Shown: one piece after another, positions 54,403-64,000 of the stretch | Layout: every line of letters begins with the position of its first letter | Position numbering within the stretch: the first letter of the stretch is position 1 | Assembly: GCA_965209035.1 (NCBI GenBank) | Contig: OZ242372.1 | Span: 896,001 to 960,000 of the forward strand | Direction of reading: 5' to 3' | From: Gammaproteobacteria bacterium | Lineage (GTDB): Bacteria > Pseudomonadota > Gammaproteobacteria > CBDBNL01 > JAAOII01 | Length of the DNA: 64,000 nt | Position numbers and translations under genes: made by a program | Notes under the pieces: model-generated | Seen by the model: only the letters and a program-made list of their open reading frames with translations | Told to the model about the DNA's origin: nothing | The model's database searches: none

Positions 54403-56760
54403 TTATTCCCACCAAATAAGATTCTTTATTTCCCGGTAATCCAAATCTTTGGTATCCGTCTCGGTGCCATCATCAAATTCTACCTTATTTTCTTTAATGG
54501 ACTTAATGGCCTTGCCCGTTAGATTAGACAGGGTCTCCGCAATGTCTATATTGGGATATAGTTTGTTTAGATCTATACGCACTTTATTATTTTTATAATC
54601 AATCTCCATTGCCTTGCACATCTTCTCATCTCTCAAGAAGACATACTGTTCATAATCAGTCTCATCGGGCCTGCCGAGCATATCGCCATCCGCATACTTG
54701 CACCCGGCAAGTGCCTCTTCGTATTGTTCCAATTCATAGTATTTAAAAAAGCCGCCGCCTTCCCAGTTTATGTCTTTGGACAAATGCGGACTACGTTTTT
54801 GTGGTGTGTTTGGTAAACTAAATTCTCGATCTCCGTTTAGCACAATCTTCATTCTGCCAAGTATTCCAACTTTTTTTATCTTGTTATTATCCGAATAAAA
54901 ATTATCAATATAACCGCACCCTTCCACCGCAATCCACTTACGATTAAGTTTTTGGGCAACCGCACAGGTGGTGCCGGAACCGGAAAAAAAGTCTAAAACG
55001 AGATCACCCGGCTTGGAACACGATTGAATAATGCGTCTCAGTAGATTTTCCGGCTTTTGTGTTTCAAAAGAAAAACTTTCCGTTTCTCTGGGCTCTGAAT
55101 ATTGGAATGAGTATATTGTATTCCAAACCGTTCCAATTCTTTTGGCTCTCACATCAACCGCCTTTTTCTCCAACTTTCCGTTTTCCCATTTTTCAATGTA
55201 AAGATGCTCTTTATCATTACCCATAAAATCCAACCAGCCTATTTTCTTATCCTTCTCTTCTTTCAACGGTTCCCAAAGCTTAATAAAACCGGTGTTACCG
55301 GGTTCTTTGGGCGAAAACATGATCTTATCCGCTTGTCTTATCCAATTATTTCTTTGTGTTTTAAAGCCGGAAATATTTTCACCCGTATTCCAGGTTATAA
55401 ACGCTTGATCCTTTACCGAAACTCCTTGAAAGACATCTACCAAAAGGTGCCGTCCCAAATAATCGGCATAGTGATCTAACTGCAGATATAAGTAACCCGA
55501 ATCTGACAAGAAGTCTCTTGCCAATATCAGTTTATCTCGCATCAGCGATAACCAACTCGCATCCTGAAATCTATCCACATACTCAAAATCGCTGCCGGTA
55601 TTAAACGGCGGATCAAGATAAATGGTTTGCACCTTGTCTTTGAACTTCGGCAGGATCGTATTTAATGCTTGGTAGTTTTCACTCTTAATAAGCCAACCAT
55701 CCAACGCCTCGTCCAGATGATCAAACTGAGCCAGAATATCCAACTCCAGATCCTTAAAGTATTTTGTATCAATCGGCGCTTTGGGGTTGGCTTCGTCTAT
55801 ATCCAATTCTTTCCATTCCAGAACTTGCTTTTTATAACCCGGATGCTTTTTGATTTTATTTACAAGATTTTTCTCCAATCGGTCCAGCGTAATAACATAG
55901 TTGCTGCTTTTGACAAACTTCGGCTTGTTCCATATTTTTACCAACTCATCCTCAAATTGAGAAACAAAGTCTATGAGTTTAAAGGCTATGCGCTTAAGAC
56001 TCGCAAGCTGATTAACTCTTCTCGGTGTCCATTCCGTCTTCTCTTCTGTCCCTTGCCAAAAATATTGATAACTCCATAATTTAAATTGCTCTTGCAAGAA
56101 GGACTTGGCATTCTTGTTGATAAAAAAATCTACCTTGCTTTGTGCCTTAAAGATCCTGAATGCTCTTTCCAATTGTTCTTCGGTGACTCTGCTTCTCTTT
56201 GTTTTCAGTTCCTCTAATATCTCATCTGTTTTAATTGTTGACCCATTGGTGGAATATTGAACATCAAAAGTTATGACTCTATCCCTAACCTCCTTTAAAT
56301 TAAAAATTAAGGAGTTTTTTTCATTCGCCTTCTTGTTTTCCAGTTGAGAGGGATCAAAGAAAAACTTCAACCCATCAAATTCTATTTCTTGGCTTCTAAA
56401 AATACTGTCCGTTTTGACATAGTAAAGCATCTGCGTCTTCCAGAACAACATAACATCCTTTTCATTGGTATAAACCTTTTCATACACATCGTTATGAAGC
56501 CCGGTATCATTAAAATAAATGGAACCGTTTTGTGTGAAATAGCGATTGAAAAACGAATAAAGTTTGTCAAATAATTCGTCTCGGAAGCCCGGGTAACCCG
56601 TGAGTTCTTTATTGATATCCTTGTTTATTTGTTCCTCAATTTTCTTATAGTAGTTGGCTTTTATCTTCATTAAATTGATAAAGCCGCCCTTACCCTCAAT
56701 CTTCGCCCCAATGAAGACATCTCTTAAAGCGGAATAAAATTTTTGTTCTTTTGAAGGCAT
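54403..56760 (-). CDS. mod: Type III RM adenine methyltransferase Mod 2
   Basis: IYLDPPFN, TQKPENLL, DFFSGSGTT; central region differs from Mod 1. Confidence 0.9.
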   Translation of the reverse strand: MPSKEQKFYSALRDVFIGAKIEGKGGFINLMKIKANYYKKIEEQINKDINKELTGYPGFRDELFDKLYSFFNRYFTQNGSIYFNDTGLHNDVYEKVYTNEKDVMLFWKTQMLYYVKTDSIFRSQEIEFDGLKFFFDPSQLENKKANEKNSLIFNLKEVRDRVITFDVQYSTNGSTIKTDEILEELKTKRSRVTEEQLERAFRIFKAQSKVDFFINKNAKSFLQEQFKLWSYQYFWQGTEEKTEWTPRRVNQLASLKRIAFKLIDFVSQFEDELVKIWNKPKFVKSSNYVITLDRLEKNLVNKIKKHPGYKKQVLEWKELDIDEANPKAPIDTKYFKDLELDILAQFDHLDEALDGWLIKSENYQALNTILPKFKDKVQTIYLDPPFNTGSDFEYVDRFQDASWLSLMRDKLILARDFLSDSGYLYLQLDHYADYLGRHLLVDVFQGVSVKDQAFITWNTGENISGFKTQRNNWIRQADKIMFSPKEPGNTGFIKLWEPLKEEKDKKIGWLDFMGNDKEHLYIEKWENGKLEKKAVDVRAKRIGTVWNTIYSFQYSEPRETESFSFETQKPENLLRRIIQSCSKPGDLVLDFFSGSGTTCAVAQKLNRKWIAVEGCGYIDNFYSDNNKIKKVGILGRMKIVLNGDREFSLPNTPQKRSPHLSKDINWEGGGFFKYYELEQYEEALAGCKYADGDMLGRPDETDYEQYVFLRDEKMCKAMEIDYKNNKVRIDLNKLYPNIDIAETLSNLTGKAIKSIKENKVEFDDGTETDTKDLDYREIKNLIWWE

Positions 56761-56901
56761 ACTATTGACTATTTTATACAAAAGAGATATTAAGAAACCC
56801 CAACAACCAACAATACAACCCCCTTTTTATCCGTTTAAAAATTTCTTTTGTATCCGCCCGATCGGGCGGTAAAGAAATAACGGGATGGTCCGGTCTGGCA
56901 C
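56761..56901. repeat. Duplicated mod upstream region (second copy 51096-51237)
   Basis: actattgactattttatacaaaa.gagata.taagaaaccccaacaacc...ggtccggt..ggcaca shared by both. Confidence 0.9.
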
Positions 56902-56960
56902 AGCACTCGGATAATTTTCGGGGCATTTTCAAAGCATTCCCGAGATGATACAAAGAGTTT

Positions 56961-57188
56961 TTACTCGCCGTCGCCGGCAGACCCGCCTATTAGATGATCG
57001 CGAATAAACGCCAAAATTTCTTCTCTCGCCACATCCGCCGTTCTGCCGGGAATCCAATTGCCGACCGGTTCAATATTTGCCCCGGTCAGTTCATTAAAGT
57101 CCCGAATGAACAGATTCATTGACTTGCTCGCACCTTCCGTGTGTGCCTTGGCCAATGCCTTTTGGAGTTCGTCTCTTTTGTCCATCAT
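56961..57188 (-). CDS. Hypothetical protein
   Basis: ~75-aa ORF with plausible composition; start uncertain. Confidence 0.5.
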   Translation of the reverse strand: MMDKRDELQKALAKAHTEGASKSMNLFIRDFNELTGANIEPVGNWIPGRTADVAREEILAFIRDHLIGGSAGDGE

Positions 57189-57244
57189 TTGGTAAATATT
57201 ATATGAACTATCCGGGATGAGAATCGGCAAGCAAAAGTGCCGCC

Positions 57245-57583
57245 CTACATTTTCATCACTTCTCGCACTTCCACGGTGGATTTGTATTTAACAGCTGGGC
57301 CGTCCCGGACGATCCGCACCGCCGCATCAATGTTGTCGGCAAGGATGATGCTGTAAGCGATCACTCTGTTGCCATCCGCGGTCTGCATCGGTTTGTCGGC
57401 GACTTCCGTTGCTGACAAAACGACCTTGCCGTCTTCCATAACGGGCGCACCGATGTCCGCGAGAACGCCGTCTTTTTTCAACCGGGCAAACCAGTTGGAC
57501 CAATCTTGCATTTCCTGTTCACTTGCCGAAGGATCCGGTGCGGGTTCCGGCACAGCCCGATAGATTAAAAGATATTTTTTCAT
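57245..57583 (-). CDS. YciI/DGPF-like family protein
   Basis: MKKYLLIYR..WSNWF..AYSIILADNIDAA..VEVREV; paralog of 28849-29190. Confidence 0.8.
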   Translation of the reverse strand: MKKYLLIYRAVPEPAPDPSASEQEMQDWSNWFARLKKDGVLADIGAPVMEDGKVVLSATEVADKPMQTADGNRVIAYSIILADNIDAAVRIVRDGPAVKYKSTVEVREVMKM

Positions 57584-57611
57584 AGTATTGTTTGTATTGT
57601 TTGTTTATTTA

Positions 57612-57765
57612 TTTAATAGTATAGTAATAAATCTTGGCGGTGTTTCATCATGTCTTAATGATACGATAGTGTTTAATAATAGAGTAATAAATCTTGGCGG
57701 TATTTCATCATGTCTTACATGATACGACAGTGTTTAATCATAGAGTAATAAATCCAGGCGGTGTT
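57612..57765. repeat. 60/61-bp tandem repeat x2.5
   Basis: tttaat..ta.agtaataaatcttggcggt.tttcatcatgtctta..atgatacga.agtg. Confidence 0.85.
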
Positions 57766-57835
57766 GCCGATACGAGTTCCGAGGCAGGTTCCGATACGGG
57801 TTCCGATGCGAGTTAATTGCCCGTTCACAAATCAC

Positions 57836-58843
57836 TCACAAATGCCGAACCCGAATATTCGGGCGGGCGGCGGCGATGGTTTCGCTGATGCAATGGCGAT
57901 GGCAATGCGCGGGCAACTTCTCAAAACAGGTGATGGCGACACGGCGGTAATCATCCAGCTTGCTTTCCAGGTCTTGCACCAGAGATTGTTTATTTTGCAG
58001 TTCCCGGCGATACCGGACAAACGGCTTTTCGGTAACGACGGCGTTTTTGGACGCCCGCCGAATATGGTAGGGGACACCGAGTCCGGGCATGCCCGCATAC
58101 GGAATGCCAACCTTCGGTAAGATCCTTGCCATGTCCTCGCGGGAAAAACCGGGTTTGTGACTGACCGGATTGGCGCGCACATCGCACAACAGACGCACCC
58201 GCTCGGCGATGAGAGTATTCACATATCTTTCAAACGAAATGCCTTCATAGCCGATGGTAAACAGCGTCTTTTCATCTGTCGCATCCTCCGTATCCTCCGC
58301 AGAATCAGCCGTGGCGAAACTGCCAAGGCGTGCCGCATCATAATAAGGATACTTGCGGGAGACGATGTTTGCCAGAGCCGCACCGCGCAATTTTCCGTAA
58401 GTCCGGATGAGTTCCGACAGACTCTGCAAATCCAACGCCCTGATCTGCGGCGGGCTAACTCGGGCGCGCAAATACCCGCCCTCTGCACCTGAAACGCCGA
58501 CACATCCTTTGCCGACAAGATACCGCAAATCCAGATCGCATGACAAGGAATAACAGCCATCCTCGTAGGGGATGAATTCATAAAGATACGCGCTGTCGCC
58601 GCGGGCAAATTCTTGTCCGAACAAAAACAACAATTTTTGGATGTCGGTTTTGGCGGTGCTTTCACTCACACGGCCCACACCGCCCTCGCCCGCATCACTC
58701 ACATCACCTAACCCGGCGATAAGGCGTAACAGAACACGCTGGCGATAATAGCGCGGAGATCTTGCCGCTTCCCGGGGATTAAACTTTAATTTTGTCTCGC
58801 CCGCTTCGGGCAAGTCATCCGACTCAAACAGGTCGGCCGACAT
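57836..58843 (-). CDS. DUF488 domain protein with N-terminal helical (Panacea/YwgA-like) domain
   Basis: LFTIGYEG, LCDVRANPVS.KPGFS, CFE...CHR; N-terminal QKLLFL..YEFIPY..GCYS; start uncertain. Confidence 0.8.
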   Translation of the reverse strand: MSADLFESDDLPEAGETKLKFNPREAARSPRYYRQRVLLRLIAGLGDVSDAGEGGVGRVSESTAKTDIQKLLFLFGQEFARGDSAYLYEFIPYEDGCYSLSCDLDLRYLVGKGCVGVSGAEGGYLRARVSPPQIRALDLQSLSELIRTYGKLRGAALANIVSRKYPYYDAARLGSFATADSAEDTEDATDEKTLFTIGYEGISFERYVNTLIAERVRLLCDVRANPVSHKPGFSREDMARILPKVGIPYAGMPGLGVPYHIRRASKNAVVTEKPFVRYRRELQNKQSLVQDLESKLDDYRRVAITCFEKLPAHCHRHCISETIAAARPNIRVRHL

Positions 58844-58920
58844 TGGCGGCAGCCGCGATCCTGAAGATCCGGAAGATCCCGAAGCATTCATCTACTCATC
58901 TCGTCCCATCCCATCTCATC

Positions 58921-59589
58921 TCATCCCACGGATTTTGCCGCAATCAGACTCAGATGCGTATAGGGCAGACCGGTTTCGGTATGCCAGGTATTAAACAATT
59001 CCTGCGCCTCTCGCAGTGTCTTTTGAGAGGCGGGTTTGCCGGTGAGGAGGCCGCGCTCGGTCAGGCAGGTCATCACATCCGGGGTGAGGATAAAACCGTC
59101 CCAACCGGCGCGCCGCAAAAAATACTGGCCGGTCATGCCGCCGAGACGGGATGCCCGCTGTTTGAAAAAGCCCAAAAGTCCCGTCTGATCTCCCGGCTTC
59201 CATTTGGTCAAGAACTTTCCAAAGCCGCCGTATTGATCTCGGATTTCCATAACAAAACCCACATTATGCCGGACCGCGTAAACTTTACGCATATTGCGAA
59301 CAATTCGCTCGTCGGCGGCATAGGCCTCCCATGCTTCGTCCGGCAAAGAATGCAGCCTCTCCGGGTCAAACAGATAAAAGGCTTCTTCAAAGCCCCGCCA
59401 CTTATGGCGAATGATTTGCCAAACAAACCCCGCCTGAAAGATCGTCATGGTCATTAAAGACAAAAAATAACTGTCCGGCTGGCCCGCAGTTTTCCGGGCG
59501 GTCGGCACCTTGGGAAGATCGGCGAGCAGGTTTTGCTCGCCTCCCTTAAGTTCGGCAGCCCGGCGCAAAATATCGTCAAAGTCCGACAT
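58921..59589 (-). CDS. DNA-3-methyladenine glycosylase I family protein
   Basis: IFQAGFVW..IRHKW.GFEEAF.FDP, IVRN..KV.AV..N. Confidence 0.82.
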   Translation of the reverse strand: MSDFDDILRRAAELKGGEQNLLADLPKVPTARKTAGQPDSYFLSLMTMTIFQAGFVWQIIRHKWRGFEEAFYLFDPERLHSLPDEAWEAYAADERIVRNMRKVYAVRHNVGFVMEIRDQYGGFGKFLTKWKPGDQTGLLGFFKQRASRLGGMTGQYFLRRAGWDGFILTPDVMTCLTERGLLTGKPASQKTLREAQELFNTWHTETGLPYTHLSLIAAKSVG

Positions 59590-59823
59590 ACCGAAATCCC
59601 GTTAATCTCCCGACTTCAAGAATTCGGGATATGCGGCAAGCCCGCGTTCTTCTGTGCCGGAGCCTTCATATTCTTCGGTGTCCGACATCCGAATACCCGT
59701 TGTTTTCTTTAAGAGATACCAAACAACCCGAGATGTTGGATGTTATAAAAACAAACAGGCAATCACCGCCGGTGAACCGGGTTCTTTTTGTCGGCTTAAA
59801 AATCATGACAGACCGGCACTTTT

Positions 59824-61353
59824 TTATTCTTCATCAAACAGGCCGGGAGGGTTCCCAGACCGGGGCGGCTTTTCCGCGTCTGTCGCCGGGACATCACGCT
59901 CACCGGGCGATGCTGCTGCTTCCGTTCCCGGTCCCAGTTTCTGTTCTTGCTCCTTTTCGTTACCCCGTTCGCCGGCAGTTCCCCGCGAAGGTGTCGAGGA
60001 CACCGAGGGCGCATAGACGCGCCGCACCTGTGTATCCAAGCCGCCGCGCGCAAGGCGTAATTGCAAAATGTCGCCGGGTTTTGTATCAAACGCGTTTTTG
60101 ACGGTCCGACCCAGACTGTCCAACGCCAAGGCGTAGCCGCGTTCGAGAACACGTGTTGGATTAACGGTCCGCAACGCCTCTTTTTGGGTTTTCAATTCCA
60201 CTTCAACCTTTTGCATCCTGTTGCGCATGCGTTCTCGCAACAACGATTTTGCATCTCGCAACTTGTAGCGCAACTCGGCAAGCTTGGTGTCCGCCCCGCT
60301 CCGGTGCAAACACTCCGCCAGGCGAAAGAGATCCTCTCTTTTGTCGCTCAACAGAATACGCAACCCGCCGATGAGATCCTTTTGAGCACGGCGTAATCTT
60401 TCGGCAAAAGCCCGAACGGGGTTGGCAAACAGTAACCGTCTTTGCATCTCGTCGTTGCGCTGCATCTGTTCTTCCAATCTTTCCAGCAGTTCGTTGCGCA
60501 TTCTGCGACTATCGGAATGCAGGTCACGGATCACGGCGGCGGAGTCTAAGCTGAGTTCCTCGGCCGCGGCCGAAGGCGTCGGCGAGCGTTTGTCCGCCGC
60601 CAGATCACACAGCGTCAAATCAATTTCGTGGCCAACCGCACTAACAACCGGCAGGTCGCTCGCGGCAATCGCGCGCACCAGTTCTTCTGTGTTGAAGCAA
60701 CTCAAGTCTTCCGCCGAGCCGCCGCCGCGCGTAATCAGCACCGCATCAAAGCGGTTGAGTTGATTGGCTTTCGCCAGGGCGGCGACGATCTCCTGTGCCG
60801 CCCCCTTCCCTTGCACCTGTGCGTGAATCAGCGACACCCGCATGCACGGCATACGCCTGTCCAAAACTTGATTCAGATCGTGCAGGGCGGCGCCACTTTT
60901 CGAAGTGATCACACACAAACGCAGGATGACAGGCGGCAAGGGTTTTTTGCGTTCGGCATCAAACAGTCCTTCCGCATGCAGTTTTTGTTTAAGTTTTTCA
61001 AACTGAGTATGCAGATCGCCGACGCCCTCGCCGCGGATCTCCCGGGCGACGAGTTGAAACCGACCTTGCGATTCGTAAAAGGCAGCCTTACCGGACAGGA
61101 CGACCATATCGCCTTCCTTGGGCGCGGGATGCACCCGCAGATTGGCGTTTTTGAACATCACACAACTTAACAGGGCCTGCTCGTCTTTGAGAGAAAAATA
61201 CCAGTGTCCCATTTTGGAAACGGTGAAGCCGGACACCTGCCCGCGCACATGAATGCTTGCCGGAAAATGCTCCGCCAACAGGGCCTCCAACTCCGCAAAG
61301 ACCTGTGAAACACCCAGCGGGTGATTGGCGGAAGTTGAAATGTGCATACTCAT
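59824..61353 (-). CDS. xseA: Exodeoxyribonuclease VII large subunit
   Basis: GHWYFSLKD, TSKSGAALHD, VQG, RGGGSAEDL, SAVGHEID, PTPSAAAE, VLERGY. Confidence 0.95.
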   Translation of the reverse strand: MSMHISTSANHPLGVSQVFAELEALLAEHFPASIHVRGQVSGFTVSKMGHWYFSLKDEQALLSCVMFKNANLRVHPAPKEGDMVVLSGKAAFYESQGRFQLVAREIRGEGVGDLHTQFEKLKQKLHAEGLFDAERKKPLPPVILRLCVITSKSGAALHDLNQVLDRRMPCMRVSLIHAQVQGKGAAQEIVAALAKANQLNRFDAVLITRGGGSAEDLSCFNTEELVRAIAASDLPVVSAVGHEIDLTLCDLAADKRSPTPSAAAEELSLDSAAVIRDLHSDSRRMRNELLERLEEQMQRNDEMQRRLLFANPVRAFAERLRRAQKDLIGGLRILLSDKREDLFRLAECLHRSGADTKLAELRYKLRDAKSLLRERMRNRMQKVEVELKTQKEALRTVNPTRVLERGYALALDSLGRTVKNAFDTKPGDILQLRLARGGLDTQVRRVYAPSVSSTPSRGTAGERGNEKEQEQKLGPGTEAAASPGERDVPATDAEKPPRSGNPPGLFDEE

Positions 61354-61686
61354 TATGTTGATTCAGTGATTCGATTAAATCTCTCGCTCTTGTCTAATCC
61401 TAGTTTGTCCGCCTGTCCTTAAACGCTACTCCCGCATCTGCCCGCAAACAGCAAGTCGGGCGAGCCGGACTATTTAACTCTTGATTGTCCTGCCTTCCTT
61501 GATTTCTATTGATTCGTATTCGCACCTGAATTGCTTTTGGAACTTTTGGGTTTTTCATGCTTTTCGTGTCTTTCATATCTTCCGGATCCCTTTCAAATCT
61601 CCTGCGAGTCTCTTCCCCGCATCAATATCAATAAAGAGAGAGCAGTACAAAAGCACGGAGTTCCTGTCTGCGAAACACCCGAAACA

Positions 61687-61760
<74 letters not shown>

Positions 61761-61871
61761 TCGCTATTATATACCTTGTTTGTCGGTTTGTTGGCATGAT
61801 CTTGCGGTTTCTTACCTCTGCCAAGATTTTTACCCGCGGGCATGCATCACAGAGAGGGGGGGGATATAGAA

Positions 61872-61899
61872 TATTGCGTATTGCGTATTGCGTATTGCG
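61872..61899. repeat. (TATTGCG)x4 simple repeat
   Basis: Seen directly. Confidence 0.85.
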
Positions 61900-61947
61900 A
61901 GCCGGCAAGGGCGGGCGGACTATGTAAACCAAACCAAACTGCCATAT

Positions 61948-62066
61948 CTATTCGGGACCTATTCGGGGCCTATTCGGGACCTATTCGGGGGCTATTCGGG
62001 GCCTATTCGGGGCCTACTCGGGGCCTACTCGGGGCCTACTCGGGGCCTACTCGGGGCCTACTCGGG
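61948..62066. repeat. 11-bp tandem repeat (CTAYTCGGGRC) x~11
   Basis: ctattcgggac / ctattcggggc / ctactcggggc series. Confidence 0.92.
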
Positions 62067-62227
62067 TTGCATCTTATCCCAAATACTCAGGCATTCGTCG
62101 GCCCGCCCGCTTCCTTCTATTTCCCCTATTCCCTCTATATAATGCTCCTTTCCATACAACGGGAAAACAGTTCACAGATTTGCCGCTTTTTGTCTTATAA
62201 TTTCGTCTAAATGCAAATGAATATATT

Positions 62228-63085
62228 ATGACAAAGCACTCACCCTATTTGTTGCGGCTGTTCTTCTTGTTCTTTGGATTGTTCTTCGGGGCAATCCTTT
62301 TGAGCGGTTGCTCCGAACCCGACGAAGAAACACTGGCACTGATTGAAAATATGACAGTAGAAACAATCTCTCTGCCGGAAGGCAACGGTCATCTCGCCTA
62401 TGTGCGTGCCGGCGATGTCGGCAGTCAGAAGGTGATTTTTCTGCACGGAACGCCCGGAGATCGCGGGGCATGGAACGACTACATTGCGGATGTCCCCGCA
62501 GGGTTGGAATACATCCTGGTGGACCGCCCCGCATTTGGCGACAGTGATCCGAGGCGAGTGCTTTCCCTTGAAGCGCAGGGAAAGATTCTTGCCGCTTTAT
62601 TGCAGCCGGATGCGCTGGGGAATCTTCCGATATTGGTGGGACATTCTTATGGCGCCACCCTGGCCGCCTGGATGGCGGCCGAATACCCGGAAAAAGTCGG
62701 GGCAATCTTTTTGCTTGCCGGCTCCATGACTCATCTGCTGGACAGACCTTACCTGTTGCAGAGATGGGGCGTGCATCCGCCTTGGCGATGGCTAATTCCG
62801 GGCGGCATGCGCAAAGCCAACGACGAGGTGGTTGCTCTGGACGACGAACTGGTCGGTTTTGAAGAAAAGATGCGCAGCATCACCGCACCGGTTGTGGTTT
62901 TACAAGGACGCAAAGATTTTCTCGTTTCCTATAAAAACTTAAGGGTGATCCGAAAAAACATGATCAACTCCGCCAAAATAGATATCACCCTGTTGCAAGA
63001 CGCCGGACATTTCTTACCCTGGAACTACACGGAGCAAGTTAAATCTCTGATACAAAAAGCGGTGAACTATAGCCGCACGCATTAA
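62228..63085 (+). CDS. Alpha/beta fold hydrolase, possible lipoprotein
   Basis: LHGTPG, DRPAFG, GHSYG nucleophile elbow, GRKD, AGHF; LSGC lipobox-like. Confidence 0.88.
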   Translation: MTKHSPYLLRLFFLFFGLFFGAILLSGCSEPDEETLALIENMTVETISLPEGNGHLAYVRAGDVGSQKVIFLHGTPGDRGAWNDYIADVPAGLEYILVDRPAFGDSDPRRVLSLEAQGKILAALLQPDALGNLPILVGHSYGATLAAWMAAEYPEKVGAIFLLAGSMTHLLDRPYLLQRWGVHPPWRWLIPGGMRKANDEVVALDDELVGFEEKMRSITAPVVVLQGRKDFLVSYKNLRVIRKNMINSAKIDITLLQDAGHFLPWNYTEQVKSLIQKAVNYSRTH

Positions 63086-63151
63086 AGAAAGGGAATGATA
63101 CACTTGTTAACCCATGAAAAATAAGTATCATTAATATTAGAGGCAAGACTA

Positions 63152-64000
63152 AATGATAATGCTTCCGGCTTTTTTAACGCTATTAAAGACAAGAAAGAAA
63201 GAGTATCAATAACAACCGTTATGCTTTGTTTGAAACTTTCTGCCTTATAATTCACAAATAATGATAATGCTTCCGGCTTTTTTAACGCTATTAAAGACAA
63301 GAAAGAAAGAGTATCAATAACAACCATTATGCTTTGTTTGAAACCTTCTGCCTTATAATTCACAAATAATGATAATGCTTCCGGCTTTTTTAACGCTATT
63401 AAAGACAAGAAAGAAAGAGTATCAATAACAACCGTTATGCTTTGTTTGAAACTTTCTGCCTTATAATTCACAAATAATGATAATGCTTCCGGCCTTTTTA
63501 ACGCTATTAAAGACAAGAAAGAAAGTGTCAATAACAACCGTTATGCTTTGTTTGAAACCTTCTGCCTTATAATTCACAAATAATGATAATGCTTCCGTTC
63601 ACGCGGCTTTTTTAACGCTATTAAAGACAAGAAAGAGTATCAATAACAACCGTTGTGCTTTGTTTGAAACCTTCTGCCTTATAATTCACAAATAATGATA
63701 ATGCTTCCGGCCTTTTTAACGCTATTAAAGACAAAAAAGAAAGTGTCAATAACAACCGTTATGCTTTGTTTGAAACCTTCTGCCTTATAATTCACAAATA
63801 ATGATAATGCTTCCGTTCACGCGGCTTTTTTAACGCTATTAAAGACAAGAAAGAAAGAGTATCAATAACAACCGTTATGCTTTGTTTGAAACCTTCTGCC
63901 TTATAATTCACAAATAATGATAATACTTCCGGCTTTTTTAACGCTATTAAAGACAAGAAAGAAAGAGTATCAATAACAACCGTTATGCTTTGTTTGAAAC
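63152..64000. repeat. ~108-bp AT-rich tandem array, at least 8 units, runs off the window
   Basis: Unit starts at 63153, 63261, 63369, 63477, 63583, 63695, 63801, 63917. Confidence 0.97.

Noticed and set aside
63082-63537. 151-aa minus-strand ORF of 36-aa repeats
   Set aside because: By-product of the 108-bp period; later units carry frame-breaking indels.
63152-64000. CRISPR array (unit contains GTATC...GTTTGAAAC, resembling a repeat end)
   Set aside because: Intervening sequences are near-identical rather than unique spacers; no cas genes in the window.

Overview
A 64-kb bacterial chromosomal segment; the 23S rRNA and housekeeping proteins look gammaproteobacterial (judged by eye). Core genes (ampD, gabD, pssA, rpiA, znuA, ald, queA, xseA, tRNA-fMet) are interleaved with accessory material: a ~2230-aa Ig-like repeat lipoprotein, an MjaI-family type II RM operon, two pentapeptide-repeat genes, three tandem YHS-domain genes, a smoEFGK-like polyol ABC transporter with two SDRs, IS1595 and IS481 elements/remnants, and an AT-rich defence block (GmrSD-type nuclease plus two tandem type III RM systems, one res frameshifted at an A6 tract). 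The most unusual observations are: (1) a stand-alone 23S rRNA gene with no linked 16S, 5S or tRNA, carrying a ~100-nt intervening sequence in helix 9; (2) in-frame chimeric micro-ORFs (methyltransferase N-terminus fused to pentapeptide C-terminus) upstream of the RM operon; (3) pervasive local duplication, including a 108-bp satellite-like array with higher-order structure; (4) an initiator tRNA with U1:A72 and no encoded CCA. All calls are by motif recognition; no searches were run.
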